From the NCBI GenBank assembly GCA_007117065.1, contig SKHI01000010.1, forward strand, positions 1-44,980: a DNA stretch of 44,980 bases. The letters are read 5' to 3'. Below are positions 36,801-44,600 of this stretch, one piece after another. The notes under the pieces are model-generated. The model made no database searches. It saw only the letters and a program-made list of their open reading frames with translations, and was not told the DNA's origin. A program made the position numbers and the translations under genes. Origin of the DNA: Candidatus Woesearchaeota archaeon. Lineage in GTDB: Archaea > Nanobdellota > Nanobdellia > Woesearchaeales > SKIA01. How positions within the stretch are numbered: position 1 is the stretch's first letter; each line of letters starts with the position of its first letter.

Positions 36801-37020
36801 TAAAGCCCGTATGTCCTTGATGAACGGGTGTGCTTTGTTCAAGAGTAACCCATCCTGTACCATCATTATACTGCCATCGTTGTAAAAATCCATATTGTGC
36901 TGTTTGAGGGTCTTGTCCTGGAAGATTAACTGTTACAGTAACTATTTCATCTGCTGCTGGAACTGCATAAACAATTGGAATACATATGAGTAAGAAGAAA
37001 AGTGTTAATATACGCAACAT
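33808..37020 (-). CDS. Large secreted protein (~1070 aa; the ORF track extends to 37179)
   Basis: The internal ATG 37020 gives the signal peptide MLRILTLFFLLICIPIVYAVPA. The 53 aa extension overlaps the upstream mini-pilin gene. The N-terminal half is an internally duplicated module pair, followed by a Pro/Thr linker (QTPPPTPTTPPVASTPQVPARPQ) and a ~550 aa C-terminal region. Confidence 0.85.
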   Translation of the reverse strand: MLRILTLFFLLICIPIVYAVPAADEIVTVTVNLPGQDPQTAQYGFLQRWQYNDGTGWVTLEQSTPVHQGHTGFKSYLLQEPENRVRGYQYFVTVYQQNNPTFQIQLPPAIMDYLDSPHSSGVDLPPGFFFLESTSAVLTGQHDFTGYTGKSPIIFVASISTMEIRYDFSDSSWQLKTGYVFTNIRPISPQSVRPLQNLDFKEGIAYLVNSENIEAVYANEEFDSFVNRYIRVEDNTIVRLRINYIQSGPVHSVNYNSVNYAFVRGNWRYNLREGFGWVSLAQTNQVPLTHVEISSRLYQEHSTNFRTGVGYFLHLRSQQLAGHTFEIPLNLDNSEYLEEYRASQNIPSESPSPSSPGFIPPNEDGTYDFSEFGGQSPEIKIDPSQYGLSRRIRYNFVWQRWEQRTLWWGSVDSGSSVSSGLDRILRSLSSKDFVEGLDYLLEVRANPSAHNVRDVIIPANLVYWLEQQRRPQTPPPTPTTPPVASTPQVPARPQLENNDECGRNRDYLKLCYASDATNPRIPPNAQQAIRSFIQETENTPGLNGYWVFHVAPNIPRVNQLREDSIERIMRNNLRDSGLRHVLLYESQTLPGRLSSAIYIIPDTFTGTIPFFKPPSSLREEIEQRWTLFSQGFSDEEITTLIERISDQKKIDVEIILSPSAEFLWSSNTESQMQELKEHLDNQGNTLRACTSYLLVDSQSVKLLQSTQYCTLRVERRELTATQPLEQTRQILSSAMRFTPEVTVRDLLLAAYRFAETGDLFPTGQYETQVIRALLKDSGRFNLTPLEDQKKRIVEIQFNILQGELEDATQLLKDLRLDGMSPQFMRLGLRTAVRLFDQPNICEEILTFIHNNQVPFSRNPSEQRQANLIIEACQIEEAREQIQAIHSARDGKSIIDHVFPSNVTIHPTLIITFVNDGLPVVRFRELADTVSREILTIPNMPNHRDRIAIYSTLSAAPIVQSRGLDVQPQINTRALSLIDRVSHSTMYIVLSEAEYRSLTFAGNGYVSYTGCRGVERCISLHALRSIAFAQFDLPEERNTVTAPANSRSTDFVLLFSIPQQARINTYFGVET

Positions 37021-37301
37021 GCCGATCCTCCTAGGGCGAAGTTGAGTCCTGCCCAATTTGTTCCTGATATTCGTTCTGTTGTTTGCTCCATGGTGCAGCT
37101 TCCTAAGCCCATAACACGTCCACCACCCTCTATACAGCTTGTTCGAAGTGTACAAACACCGCCGTAGGTATCCGTGCATTGGCTCAATCCATCTTCAGCT
37201 TGATTTACTTGCGATACAAGAAGGACTGCAAGTGAAATAAGAACAAGCAATCCCAAGGCAATAACAATCACTACACCTATTGCGATTTCTGCTTTTTTCA
37301 T
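37005..37301 (-). CDS. Prepilin-like mini-protein with six-Cys domain (98 aa), paralog of the 299-1327 set
   Basis: MKKAEIAIGVVIVIALGLLVLISLAVLLV. CTDTYGGVCTLRTSC...C...CC ending ...SACCVY. Confidence 0.7.
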   Translation of the reverse strand: MKKAEIAIGVVIVIALGLLVLISLAVLLVSQVNQAEDGLSQCTDTYGGVCTLRTSCIEGGGRVMGLGSCTMEQTTERISGTNWAGLNFALGGSACCVY

Positions 37302-37316
37302 TTATAAGATATATCG

Positions 37317-37333
37317 CATATAACCCTTTAAAA
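37317..37333 (-). promoter_or_regulatory. TATA-like region for the second pilin/giant-protein operon
   Basis: Minus-strand TTTTAAAG (37326-37333) lies 25-32 nt upstream of ATG 37301, and TTATATGC lies 16-23 nt upstream. Confidence 0.4.
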
Positions 37334-37522
37334 GCTTATTTATCCATCAGCGAACATGAATGAACTCCACATGAAATAAAGGGGTGTGTATCTTCATTAA
37401 ATTTGTTTTAAACAAAGCAATCAATCTCAAGAACAGTTCCAAAGGAAATGTAGCTATTAAAAGCTGTTTTCCTATTCCTTTAGAGAAACACCTACAAATT
37501 ACTCTTATTTAAAAACAAAGCA

Positions 37523-37555
37523 TTTATAAAAAAACGAGTTTATAAGTATTTATAA
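37523..37555 (+). promoter_or_regulatory. Three TTTATAA heptamers upstream of tbp
   Basis: TTTATAA at 37523-37529, 37539-37545 and 37549-37555. Candidate tbp starts are ATG 37561 and ATG 37579. Confidence 0.45.
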
Positions 37556-37560
37556 ATAAC

Positions 37561-38145
37561 ATGGGGGTTATTACACACATGACAGTAAAAAAAGGAAAGG
37601 GAAAATATAAAGACGTAGAGGTCGAAATAGTTAATATCGTAGTAAGTACGAGCATGGATACGCCTGTACCGCTTGAAAAAATGGCTGCAACCCTTTCTAA
37701 CACAGAGTATAATCCTGAACAATTCCCCGGACTCGTTATTCGTATAAAAGAACCTAAAACAAGCGCACTCATTTTTAGTAGTGGAAATGTCGTCTGTACC
37801 GGTGCTCGAAACATGCAAGAAGTTGACCGCGCCATTCAAGAAATCATCAAAAGCCTTGCTAAAATAGCTGTAAAGGTAACAGTCGTACCTCAAATCACAG
37901 TTCAAAACATTGTAGCAAGCGGAAGTATTGGTATGAAGCTTAATCTAAATGTTCTTGCCATGCGGCTAGAAAACACTGAATACGAGCCTGAGCAATTCCC
38001 TGGATTAGTATATAAGCTTAATGAAGCAAAGGCAACATTTCTCTTGTTTAGTAATGGAAAAGTTGTCTGCACTGGCACAAAGAGCGAATCTGAAGTGGAC
38101 AAAGCAATGGAGCTCCTTGTTGATCGTCTTGAAGAATTCAAATAG
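37561..38145 (+). CDS. tbp: TATA-box binding protein
   Basis: Two direct repeats, each with ...NTEY(N/E)PEQFPGLV...(F/L)SSG/SNGK(V)VCTG... Typical archaeal length. Alternative start at 37579. Confidence 0.96.
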   Translation: MGVITHMTVKKGKGKYKDVEVEIVNIVVSTSMDTPVPLEKMAATLSNTEYNPEQFPGLVIRIKEPKTSALIFSSGNVVCTGARNMQEVDRAIQEIIKSLAKIAVKVTVVPQITVQNIVASGSIGMKLNLNVLAMRLENTEYEPEQFPGLVYKLNEAKATFLLFSNGKVVCTGTKSESEVDKAMELLVDRLEEFK

Positions 38146-38216
38146 TTCCATATGCAATACGTGCACAGGACTTATTTACCAGAATAGTATTTAAGTAATA
38201 AGTACCTTCTTAGAGT

Positions 38217-40247
38217 ATGTCTGAACTTCTTGATGCATCAACACAAATAGAATTGTTTAAAGAATTTTATCAGCTCGCGCTTCACACGGAACTGTTAGAA
38301 AACATTCGACAAGGAAAAAAAGCTCTTGTTGCTTCTTTTGATGCACTTGCTAAATTTAATCCCGAAATTGCTGAATTACTTCTTGAGGAACCAGAAAACA
38401 CCTTAAAAGCAGCTAGTATCGCTATAGAACAACTCGAGGGTGTGCGTGATTTTCACGTTCGTTTCAAAAATCTTCCTGAAAGCCAACATATTGCCATCAG
38501 AAATCTTCGTTCCACACACCTTGCAAAATTTGTTCAAATAACAGGCATTGTGCGTCAAAAAACAGATGTTCGTCCGCAAGTGACTACGGCACGATTTGAG
38601 TGTCCGAGTTGTGGAAACATTATTAGTGTACTTCAGTTAGATACAAAGTTTAGAGAACCAAGTGGATGTGGACAGTGTGGTCGTAAGGGAAAATTTCGAC
38701 TCTTAAGCAAGGAACTCGTTGATGCACAAAAAATTGTTCTTGAAGAAGCACCCGATGCTCTTGACGGAGGAGAACAACCAAAAAGACTAAACATTTTCTT
38801 GTATAGAGACCTCGTAGCCCCCATTACAGATAGACGAACGAATCCAGGAAGTAAGGTGGGAATTACTGGATACTTGAAAGAAGTACCCATAAGTCTTCCT
38901 ACGGGTGGCCAGAGTATTCGTTTTGATCTTGTGCTAGAGAGTAATTTTATAGAACCTGTTGAAGAAGATTATAGCCAGATTAACATAACTCCAGAAGAAG
39001 AAGAAGAAATTCATACCATTGCAAAACAACCTGATGCTTTTGATCGATTAAAAACAAGTCTTGCACCAAGTATTTATGGACATGATAGAATAAAAGAAGC
39101 TATGATATTACAACTCCTTGGAGGGGTGAAAAAGAAGCGTGCTGATGGCGTTATTACGCGTGGAGATATGCATATTCTTCTTGTAGGAGACCCTGGTTCA
39201 GGAAAAAGTCAACTTCTTAAGCGCGCAACCAAAGTAGCTCCAAAAAGTAGATTTGTAAGTGGAAAAGGAGCTAGTGGTGCGGGTTTAACTGCTTCTGTGG
39301 TAAAAGATGAATTCATGCGCGGTTGGGCGTTAGAAGCAGGAGCTCTTGTTCTTGCAAATAAAGGATTTTGTTTTATTGACGAGCTTGATAAAATGAGTCC
39401 AGAGGATAGAAGTGCGTTTCACGAAGCTTTAGAACAACAAACAGTAACTATTAGTAAAGCAAACATTCAAGCAACCTTACGATGTGAAACAGTCGTCCTT
39501 GCCGCAGCTAATCCTAAATTCGGTCGTTTTGACCCATACGAGTTGCTTGCTAAACAGATAGAGCTTCCAAGCACCCTTATTAACCGTTTTGACCTTATTT
39601 TTCCTGTCAGAGATCTCCCTGGCGAAGAAAAAGATAGGAAAATGGCTCATTTTATTCTTCGCATTCATCAAACAGGAGATATTCATGATGTTCCCATTGA
39701 GACTGAATTACTCAGAAAATATGTGAGTTATGCGCGTGGAAGAGTATTTCCTAAGCTTTCAGAGGACGCACTTAATGAAATAGAAAATTTCTATGTTGAA
39801 ATGAGAAACTCCGGCAGTGGAGAAGAGGGTATTAGTGCCATTCCCATTAGTGCGCGTCAATTAGAAGCGCTTATTCGTTTATCTGAAGCAAGTGCCCGTA
39901 GTAGATTAAGTACTGTAGTTACAAAAGATGATGCAAAAAAAGCAATCAGTCTTGTAATGCACTGTCTAGAACAGTTAGGTGTTGATCCTGATACGGGTAA
40001 AATGGACATTGACCGATTAACCACTGGAGTTACTGCTTCTACACGTAATCAAGTACATATGATTAAAAAGATTATTAAGGAATTAAGCGAGTTAACTGGT
40101 GAAACACTCGTTTCAGAAGAAGATATTATCGCCAAGGCAGTTGAAAGCGGTATTTCTGAAGAAAAAGTTGAAGAAGTTATTGAAAAATTAAATCGATTAG
40201 GCGATATTTTCAGACCTAAACCTGGATTTTATAGTATTATGAAATAA
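38217..40247 (+). CDS. mcm: MCM replicative helicase
   Basis: N-terminal C4 zinc finger (CPSCG...CGQCG), Walker A GDPGSGKS, Walker B FIDELDKM, arginine finger region SARQLEALIRLSEA and a C-terminal winged helix. Confidence 0.96.
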   Translation: MSELLDASTQIELFKEFYQLALHTELLENIRQGKKALVASFDALAKFNPEIAELLLEEPENTLKAASIAIEQLEGVRDFHVRFKNLPESQHIAIRNLRSTHLAKFVQITGIVRQKTDVRPQVTTARFECPSCGNIISVLQLDTKFREPSGCGQCGRKGKFRLLSKELVDAQKIVLEEAPDALDGGEQPKRLNIFLYRDLVAPITDRRTNPGSKVGITGYLKEVPISLPTGGQSIRFDLVLESNFIEPVEEDYSQINITPEEEEEIHTIAKQPDAFDRLKTSLAPSIYGHDRIKEAMILQLLGGVKKKRADGVITRGDMHILLVGDPGSGKSQLLKRATKVAPKSRFVSGKGASGAGLTASVVKDEFMRGWALEAGALVLANKGFCFIDELDKMSPEDRSAFHEALEQQTVTISKANIQATLRCETVVLAAANPKFGRFDPYELLAKQIELPSTLINRFDLIFPVRDLPGEEKDRKMAHFILRIHQTGDIHDVPIETELLRKYVSYARGRVFPKLSEDALNEIENFYVEMRNSGSGEEGISAIPISARQLEALIRLSEASARSRLSTVVTKDDAKKAISLVMHCLEQLGVDPDTGKMDIDRLTTGVTASTRNQVHMIKKIIKELSELTGETLVSEEDIIAKAVESGISEEKVEEVIEKLNRLGDIFRPKPGFYSIMK

Positions 40248-40277
40248 TCTTAAAAGCTAGTATTTCTTCCCTCTCAC

Positions 40278-40871
40278 ATGCGACAAGTTGCCGTTCCTAT
40301 TTATGTAAAAGAACTCCTTGAAGGAGGGTATGAAGAAAAAGAAGGTTGGGAGCCTAACATACTCGTTTGTGCTCGTGGAAGACTGTCTCGAATTAATTCT
40401 ATTGGAACATTATTGCGTGTTAATAATCAACTCGTTTTAGATGATGGAACAGGCGTAATTTCTTTACGCACATATGATACTATTCCTGGAATGAATATTC
40501 CTTCAGGAAGCATTGTACAGGTTATTGGAAGGCCTCGGAAATATCAAGAAGAGTTATTTGTTGTCGCTGAAATTATTCGTGAGATACACCCGTTATGGGC
40601 TTTACTTCGAAAAAGAGCGTTAGGCGAGATAAAATCATTCTCATATACTGCTCCTGTTCAGGAAGAAGAAGTTCAGGAAGAAGAATTTATGGATAATAAA
40701 GCAGAGCACATCATTTCTGTAATTAACTCTCTTGATTCTGGTGATGGTGCTGGGGTAGATCTTGTTATTGAACGGTCTGGATTAGGAGAAATTGCTGAAG
40801 ATATCATTGATCAACTCTTACTTGATGGAGAAATTTTCGAAATCAAACCTGGAATTGTAAAAGTTCTATAA
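40278..40871 (+). CDS. OB-fold nucleic-acid-binding protein (RPA32/RPA-associated-like) with acidic linker and C-terminal winged-helix-like region
   Basis: INSIGTLLRVNNQLVLDDGTGVISLRTYD...GSIVQVIGRPRKYQEELFVVAEII fits an OB-fold pattern. Its position directly after mcm is suggestive. Confidence 0.45.
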   Translation: MRQVAVPIYVKELLEGGYEEKEGWEPNILVCARGRLSRINSIGTLLRVNNQLVLDDGTGVISLRTYDTIPGMNIPSGSIVQVIGRPRKYQEELFVVAEIIREIHPLWALLRKRALGEIKSFSYTAPVQEEEVQEEEFMDNKAEHIISVINSLDSGDGAGVDLVIERSGLGEIAEDIIDQLLLDGEIFEIKPGIVKVL

Positions 40872-40877
40872 AGAAAT

Positions 40878-40885
40878 AAAAAAAA
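40878..40885 (-). terminator. T8 tract about 30 nt downstream of the lipoprotein gene stop
   Basis: A8 on the plus strand is T8 on the minus strand. It lies in the convergent gap 40872-40915. A CTAAAG/CTTTAG inverted repeat is adjacent. Confidence 0.3.
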
Positions 40886-40915
40886 TATTTACCAAACTAA
40901 AGTATCTGTACGTCT

Positions 40916-41686
40916 TTAGTTTTTCATTTCTTCATCATACGAATATGAAGAATTTGATGGCGGGTTTGCAGTATCTCCAGGACTTGGATTTGGTACAAAT
41001 TCATCATCAAATGATGGCGGAATTTCTCCAGTTGTTCCTGGTGCTGCAGGTGAACCTGGTAATGCAAGAAGGTTTCCATCAGGTGCACAGATGTGTGTTC
41101 CTTGTCGGTTCACTTCTCCAACTGCGAGACAGAATCCATCTGCGTCACAACCTTTTTCACATGTTGGTGTGATGATGGTAAATTGTTGTATTTGCCATCT
41201 TCCTTGGTGACAATCCCATGCGTTTGCTCGAAGAGTACATGTGTATGTCAAAACGTAGTTGTTCTCAACTACTTCTTCGTTTGAAGCTCGACGTACATCT
41301 GCTAGTCTTACTGGTACTTCAGCAGTTGCTGAGTCTCGTAGCCAGTTTCCTCCAAGTGTTTGTCCTTGCATGTTAAAAGAGTTCCATCTTCCTCCACCAA
41401 GACTCACGTAACCTCTGTTAAAGATTGCTGTGTCTTGATTTGATACAAAGAGTACTTCGTATTCTGTTCCGATAAGTTGGTTTTGTCTTTCAAATACAAG
41501 CGGGTTTGGAAGAACGGTCATAACATTTCGGCTTGAAAACCAATTTGCTAGTTGTGTTCCAGTCGCTTGACCAAGAATATCTGCTTGCACAGATTCTCCT
41601 GGTAACGGTGGCTCATCTGGTAATGTTTGAGTACATGCACTTAAGAGCATGAGCCCAACAATCCCGATTACTATGAAGTGTTTCAT
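40916..41686 (-). CDS. Secreted lipoprotein, hypothetical (256 aa)
   Basis: Lipobox LLSAC in MKHFIVIGIVGLMLLSACTQ. Pro-rich C-terminus. AAAGGAA upstream suggests co-transcription with 41712-42209. Confidence 0.7.
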   Translation of the reverse strand: MKHFIVIGIVGLMLLSACTQTLPDEPPLPGESVQADILGQATGTQLANWFSSRNVMTVLPNPLVFERQNQLIGTEYEVLFVSNQDTAIFNRGYVSLGGGRWNSFNMQGQTLGGNWLRDSATAEVPVRLADVRRASNEEVVENNYVLTYTCTLRANAWDCHQGRWQIQQFTIITPTCEKGCDADGFCLAVGEVNRQGTHICAPDGNLLALPGSPAAPGTTGEIPPSFDDEFVPNPSPGDTANPPSNSSYSYDEEMKN

Positions 41687-41711
41687 ACCGCTTCTGCGTA
41701 AGTATTCCTTT

Positions 41712-42209
41712 TTATGTGTTTCGATTAACTATTTTTTCTACTTCATCCCATCCTTCCTCTTTTTCTATATGAAGAGAAGGTATTTTTTCTTCATGAGAGA
41801 TGGTTGGTTGTTTGGATGTTTTTTTCATCGAATGAAGTTCTTTTTGTATCTCAGACACTTCTATCGACAACCTTTGTGTAGAAGAAAGTATTTGTCTTAC
41901 ATACCACAATAAGAACATTTGCAAACAAAAAAGTAGTAACATAAATACAGAAGATGCGACTACAAATGTTTTTGATTGTGTTGGCACGTGCTGTATGCCA
42001 TCCTCCTGGCGTAATTGTTCTTGTGAAAGAAGATCGTTTATTGTTTCTTCCTCGTTTTCTTGGATTATTTCTTCATTGGGGGTTGTTATTTGTGTCTGTG
42101 TTTGATCTGAACCTCCTGGGCTGGCAGGTGTTAGCGGTGGAGGAGGTGGAAGAGCATGGACTGTAGAAAGAAAGAGTAATCCTAAAAGAATGAATGCTAC
42201 AAATCTCAT
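41712..42209 (-). CDS. Type I membrane protein, hypothetical (165 aa)
   Basis: Signal MRFVAFILLGLLFLSTVHA, PPPPP stretch, central TM FVVASSVFMLLLFCLQMFLLWYV. TATA-like box 18-29 nt upstream. Confidence 0.65.
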   Translation of the reverse strand: MRFVAFILLGLLFLSTVHALPPPPPLTPASPGGSDQTQTQITTPNEEIIQENEEETINDLLSQEQLRQEDGIQHVPTQSKTFVVASSVFMLLLFCLQMFLLWYVRQILSSTQRLSIEVSEIQKELHSMKKTSKQPTISHEEKIPSLHIEKEEGWDEVEKIVNRNT

Positions 42210-42239
42210 ACGAAGTATACATATTCTTTTCTTAAAAAG

Positions 42240-43088
42240 CTATAGGTAAAAGTAAGGCGTTATCCACACTTCAATAATTGCTCCAAGAAGTAATAGTAAA
42301 ACCGCAAGTAAAAGCAGTTTCGTAATGTCCATTACTAATACCGAATATTTATCTGAAGAAAAATGATTTCTGAGAACGCCCACACTAATAATTCCTCCCG
42401 CAAGACCAGCGAGGAGATATGCAAGTATTTCCAATATTCCATGCAAGCCATATCTTAGCAGTATAGTGTATGCACTTAATGCAAAATATTGTGTTACTGT
42501 TTCTACACCAGTAATAGCACCTAGTTGTGTTCGAACAGTATTACCAATTGCAAGAGCGATAACGCTTGCATTCCATGTTAAAATAAATATTGCTCCTGCT
42601 CCATATAAAAAACTAAATAATACACAGAGTATAAGTACTCGAAGATTATTAAAGAATATTTTTTGAAACCAATCCCCTCCCGTCATCTGCCCTGTTATTG
42701 TTTTATTTGGATTGATCTGTGCATACGTGTCTATCTGTGCTTCGAAAAGTGTTTGTAGATATATTTCAGGAGTGAAAAGAAAAAATAACGTGTACGCCAT
42801 CATTATTCCAAAAAATAACCATAAATAAACCTGAATAGCCTTGCTATGTTCTTTCCAAAGAGTCTGTTGGGGGAGTTGTACGTCCTTTTCTTCTTCGTAT
42901 TTTATAAGCGTGTACAAAAAAGGTATGGATGCTGCGCTGATAAAAAACACCGATACAATGCTTGCGTACTGAGGAAAGACCCACCATGCAAGAAGTATTC
43001 CTACGATTCCATATATTAGGCCGTGGATAAAAATTTTTTTCGGATTTATTTCTGCCTCGTAGGGCTTTATCAGCGTTTCAAGAACCAT
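42240..43088 (-). CDS. SpoIIM/DUF95-like polytopic membrane protein (282 aa; the ORF track extends to 43238)
   Basis: IFFNNLRVLILCVLFSFLYGAGAIFILTWNASVIALAIG is typical of the SpoIIM family. ATG 43088 lies 21-30 nt downstream of a TATA-like box (43109-43118). Confidence 0.6.
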   Translation of the reverse strand: MVLETLIKPYEAEINPKKIFIHGLIYGIVGILLAWWVFPQYASIVSVFFISAASIPFLYTLIKYEEEKDVQLPQQTLWKEHSKAIQVYLWLFFGIMMAYTLFFLFTPEIYLQTLFEAQIDTYAQINPNKTITGQMTGGDWFQKIFFNNLRVLILCVLFSFLYGAGAIFILTWNASVIALAIGNTVRTQLGAITGVETVTQYFALSAYTILLRYGLHGILEILAYLLAGLAGGIISVGVLRNHFSSDKYSVLVMDITKLLLLAVLLLLLGAIIEVWITPYFYL

Positions 43089-43154
43089 TAAGTTATTTTG
43101 TGCAAACACCTTTTTATGCGTAACGTATTTAAAATATACCTGGTGCCTAATAGT

Positions 43155-43607
43155 ATGTTTATTAGAGTTAAAAGGATTAAAAAATATCTGTACGCGTATC
43201 TTGTTAAAAATCTTTGGGATTCGGGTTCTGCAAGACAAAAAGTAGTTTCATATCTCGGACGTGTGTATGAAATACAAACACCTCAAGAAAAAAAATCATA
43301 CGAACAAATACTTGTACAACAAGTAATTCAAGAAATATGCTTATACGAATGTTCCCTTCATCCACATATAGAAATAAATTTCAATACATGTTCTGTTACT
43401 ATAGAAAAAAAAGATGTTATTATCAAATTGAATCAAGGATTTCTTTGTACACATACTCTAACTGAATTAAAAAAAGCACTCGTAATTGATGATGAACAAC
43501 GACCTGGTTTAGCACTCGCTGAAGCAATAACGCGTGCAGGTTTACGTGTTGACCAAAAAACATTTATTAAGCTTTATGTTTCTAGAAAAGAATGTTTCTT
43601 GCATTAA
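43155..43607 (+). CDS. Hypothetical protein (150 aa; the ORF track starts at 43098)
   Basis: ATG 43155 lies 17-30 nt downstream of GTATTTAAAATATA. N-terminus MFIRVKRIKKYLYAYLVKNLWDSGSARQKVVSYLGRV. Confidence 0.55.
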   Translation: MFIRVKRIKKYLYAYLVKNLWDSGSARQKVVSYLGRVYEIQTPQEKKSYEQILVQQVIQEICLYECSLHPHIEINFNTCSVTIEKKDVIIKLNQGFLCTHTLTELKKALVIDDEQRPGLALAEAITRAGLRVDQKTFIKLYVSRKECFLH

Positions 43608-43861
43608 CCCTTCTTGATTTTTTTGTACTATTGCTTCTCATAGCACAATTGTTCTTTCCTGTTAATTACTTACTTATGCTGTATGCTGCTGGGTATTTGT
43701 TACTAAAAGTTATTGTGTTTTATGATTGGATGAGTATTGTGGATGCTTCTTTAGGCCTGTGGATACTGTTTCTGGCAGTTGGAATAACATACCCGACAAT
43801 ATCATACATATATATGTTCTGGCTGGGGTATAAAATAACCTTTACACTTATCACTCTTTAA
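43592..43861 (+). CDS. Small membrane protein (89 aa, ~3 TM)
   Basis: ORF track. Strongly hydrophobic. Overlaps both neighbours by 11-16 nt. Confidence 0.45.
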   Translation: MFLALTLLDFFVLLLLIAQLFFPVNYLLMLYAAGYLLLKVIVFYDWMSIVDASLGLWILFLAVGITYPTISYIYMFWLGYKITFTLITL

Positions 43862-44600
43862 ACAAAGAAAAGAGTAGGGTAATTATTCCTGCTAAAAGCA
43901 ACGATGCGACCAGTCCTCCTGTGGTAAGCAGTTGAATTAAGAATCCATATATAAGTATAAAGGATAACAAGAAAACCCAAAGAATAAGTGAATAACGTAT
44001 AATATAGAGTCCATCACTAGGAATAATATCAGATTGTATTTTGTTAAAGAAGCGTAATTTAAGTACTGCAATGAATTCTATGGGAATAAGACCATAAACT
44101 GCGTGTACCAGAGCCCCATAAATTACTGTCATAAACGGCTCATATTGAGTAACTTCGTAGAGTATTCGTAAAACAGATATTGCAAGTACCGAACCAATTA
44201 TTCCTGCTGTAGCAATATACGCTTGTTGTGAGGGGTTATCATATCTAAATTTTTTTGACAATCGTTTTTTTGGTATAGCGTCTAATTGAAGTTGATTAGG
44301 GGTGATAAAGGGAATTCTTCCAAATGCGTAAAAAGTAATAATGATGCTTGCTATGAGCCCTCCTTTAAAAAGCTGTATTCTTGCTGCATATCCAAGATAT
44401 TCAGCTGTTATTTTGTGCCCTAACTCGTGCATGAAAACAACAAAAAATATACTTATAAAGAAAAAAATACCAAAACTCAATACAATAGAAACAGATATTT
44501 CTTTTCTAAATAATTCTACAAAAATAAGAAAGATAGTAACTACTCCTGCAAGAATAGCTATTGCACTCCATTCATCCGTATCAAAAGTAAATTGTTTCAT
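43851..44600 (-). CDS. Membrane zinc metalloprotease, M50/site-2-protease-like (249 aa)
   Basis: HELGH motif (VFMHELGHKITAEYLG) in a TM context. About 6 TM segments. ATGA overlap with the upstream TraB-like gene. Confidence 0.6.
   Translation of the reverse strand: MKQFTFDTDEWSAIAILAGVVTIFLIFVELFRKEISVSIVLSFGIFFFISIFFVVFMHELGHKITAEYLGYAARIQLFKGGLIASIIITFYAFGRIPFITPNQLQLDAIPKKRLSKKFRYDNPSQQAYIATAGIIGSVLAISVLRILYEVTQYEPFMTVIYGALVHAVYGLIPIEFIAVLKLRFFNKIQSDIIPSDGLYIIRYSLILWVFLLSFILIYGFLIQLLTTGGLVASLLLAGIITLLFSLFKE

Noticed and set aside
37021-37179. The 53 aa N-terminal extension of the giant ORF (MHGYLRRCLYTSNK...).
   Set aside because: It overlaps the mini-pilin gene in another frame. It is basic with no signal peptide, whereas the internal ATG 37020 gives a clean Sec signal.
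37302-37522. The long 220 nt AT-rich spacer upstream of tbp as a possible ncRNA or tRNA locus.
   Set aside because: It has no tRNA-like GC-rich stems or T-loop motif and no extended complementary arms, only tiny ORFs. It is more simply a divergent promoter region.
43155-43607. An N-terminal motif (YLYAYLVKNLWDSGSARQKVVSYLG) reminded me of the N-termini of some IS4/IS1634-type transposases, suggesting a mobile element.
   Set aside because: The ORF is only ~150 aa with no DDE catalytic region. I saw no inverted repeats or target duplications, and my recollection of the motif is uncertain.
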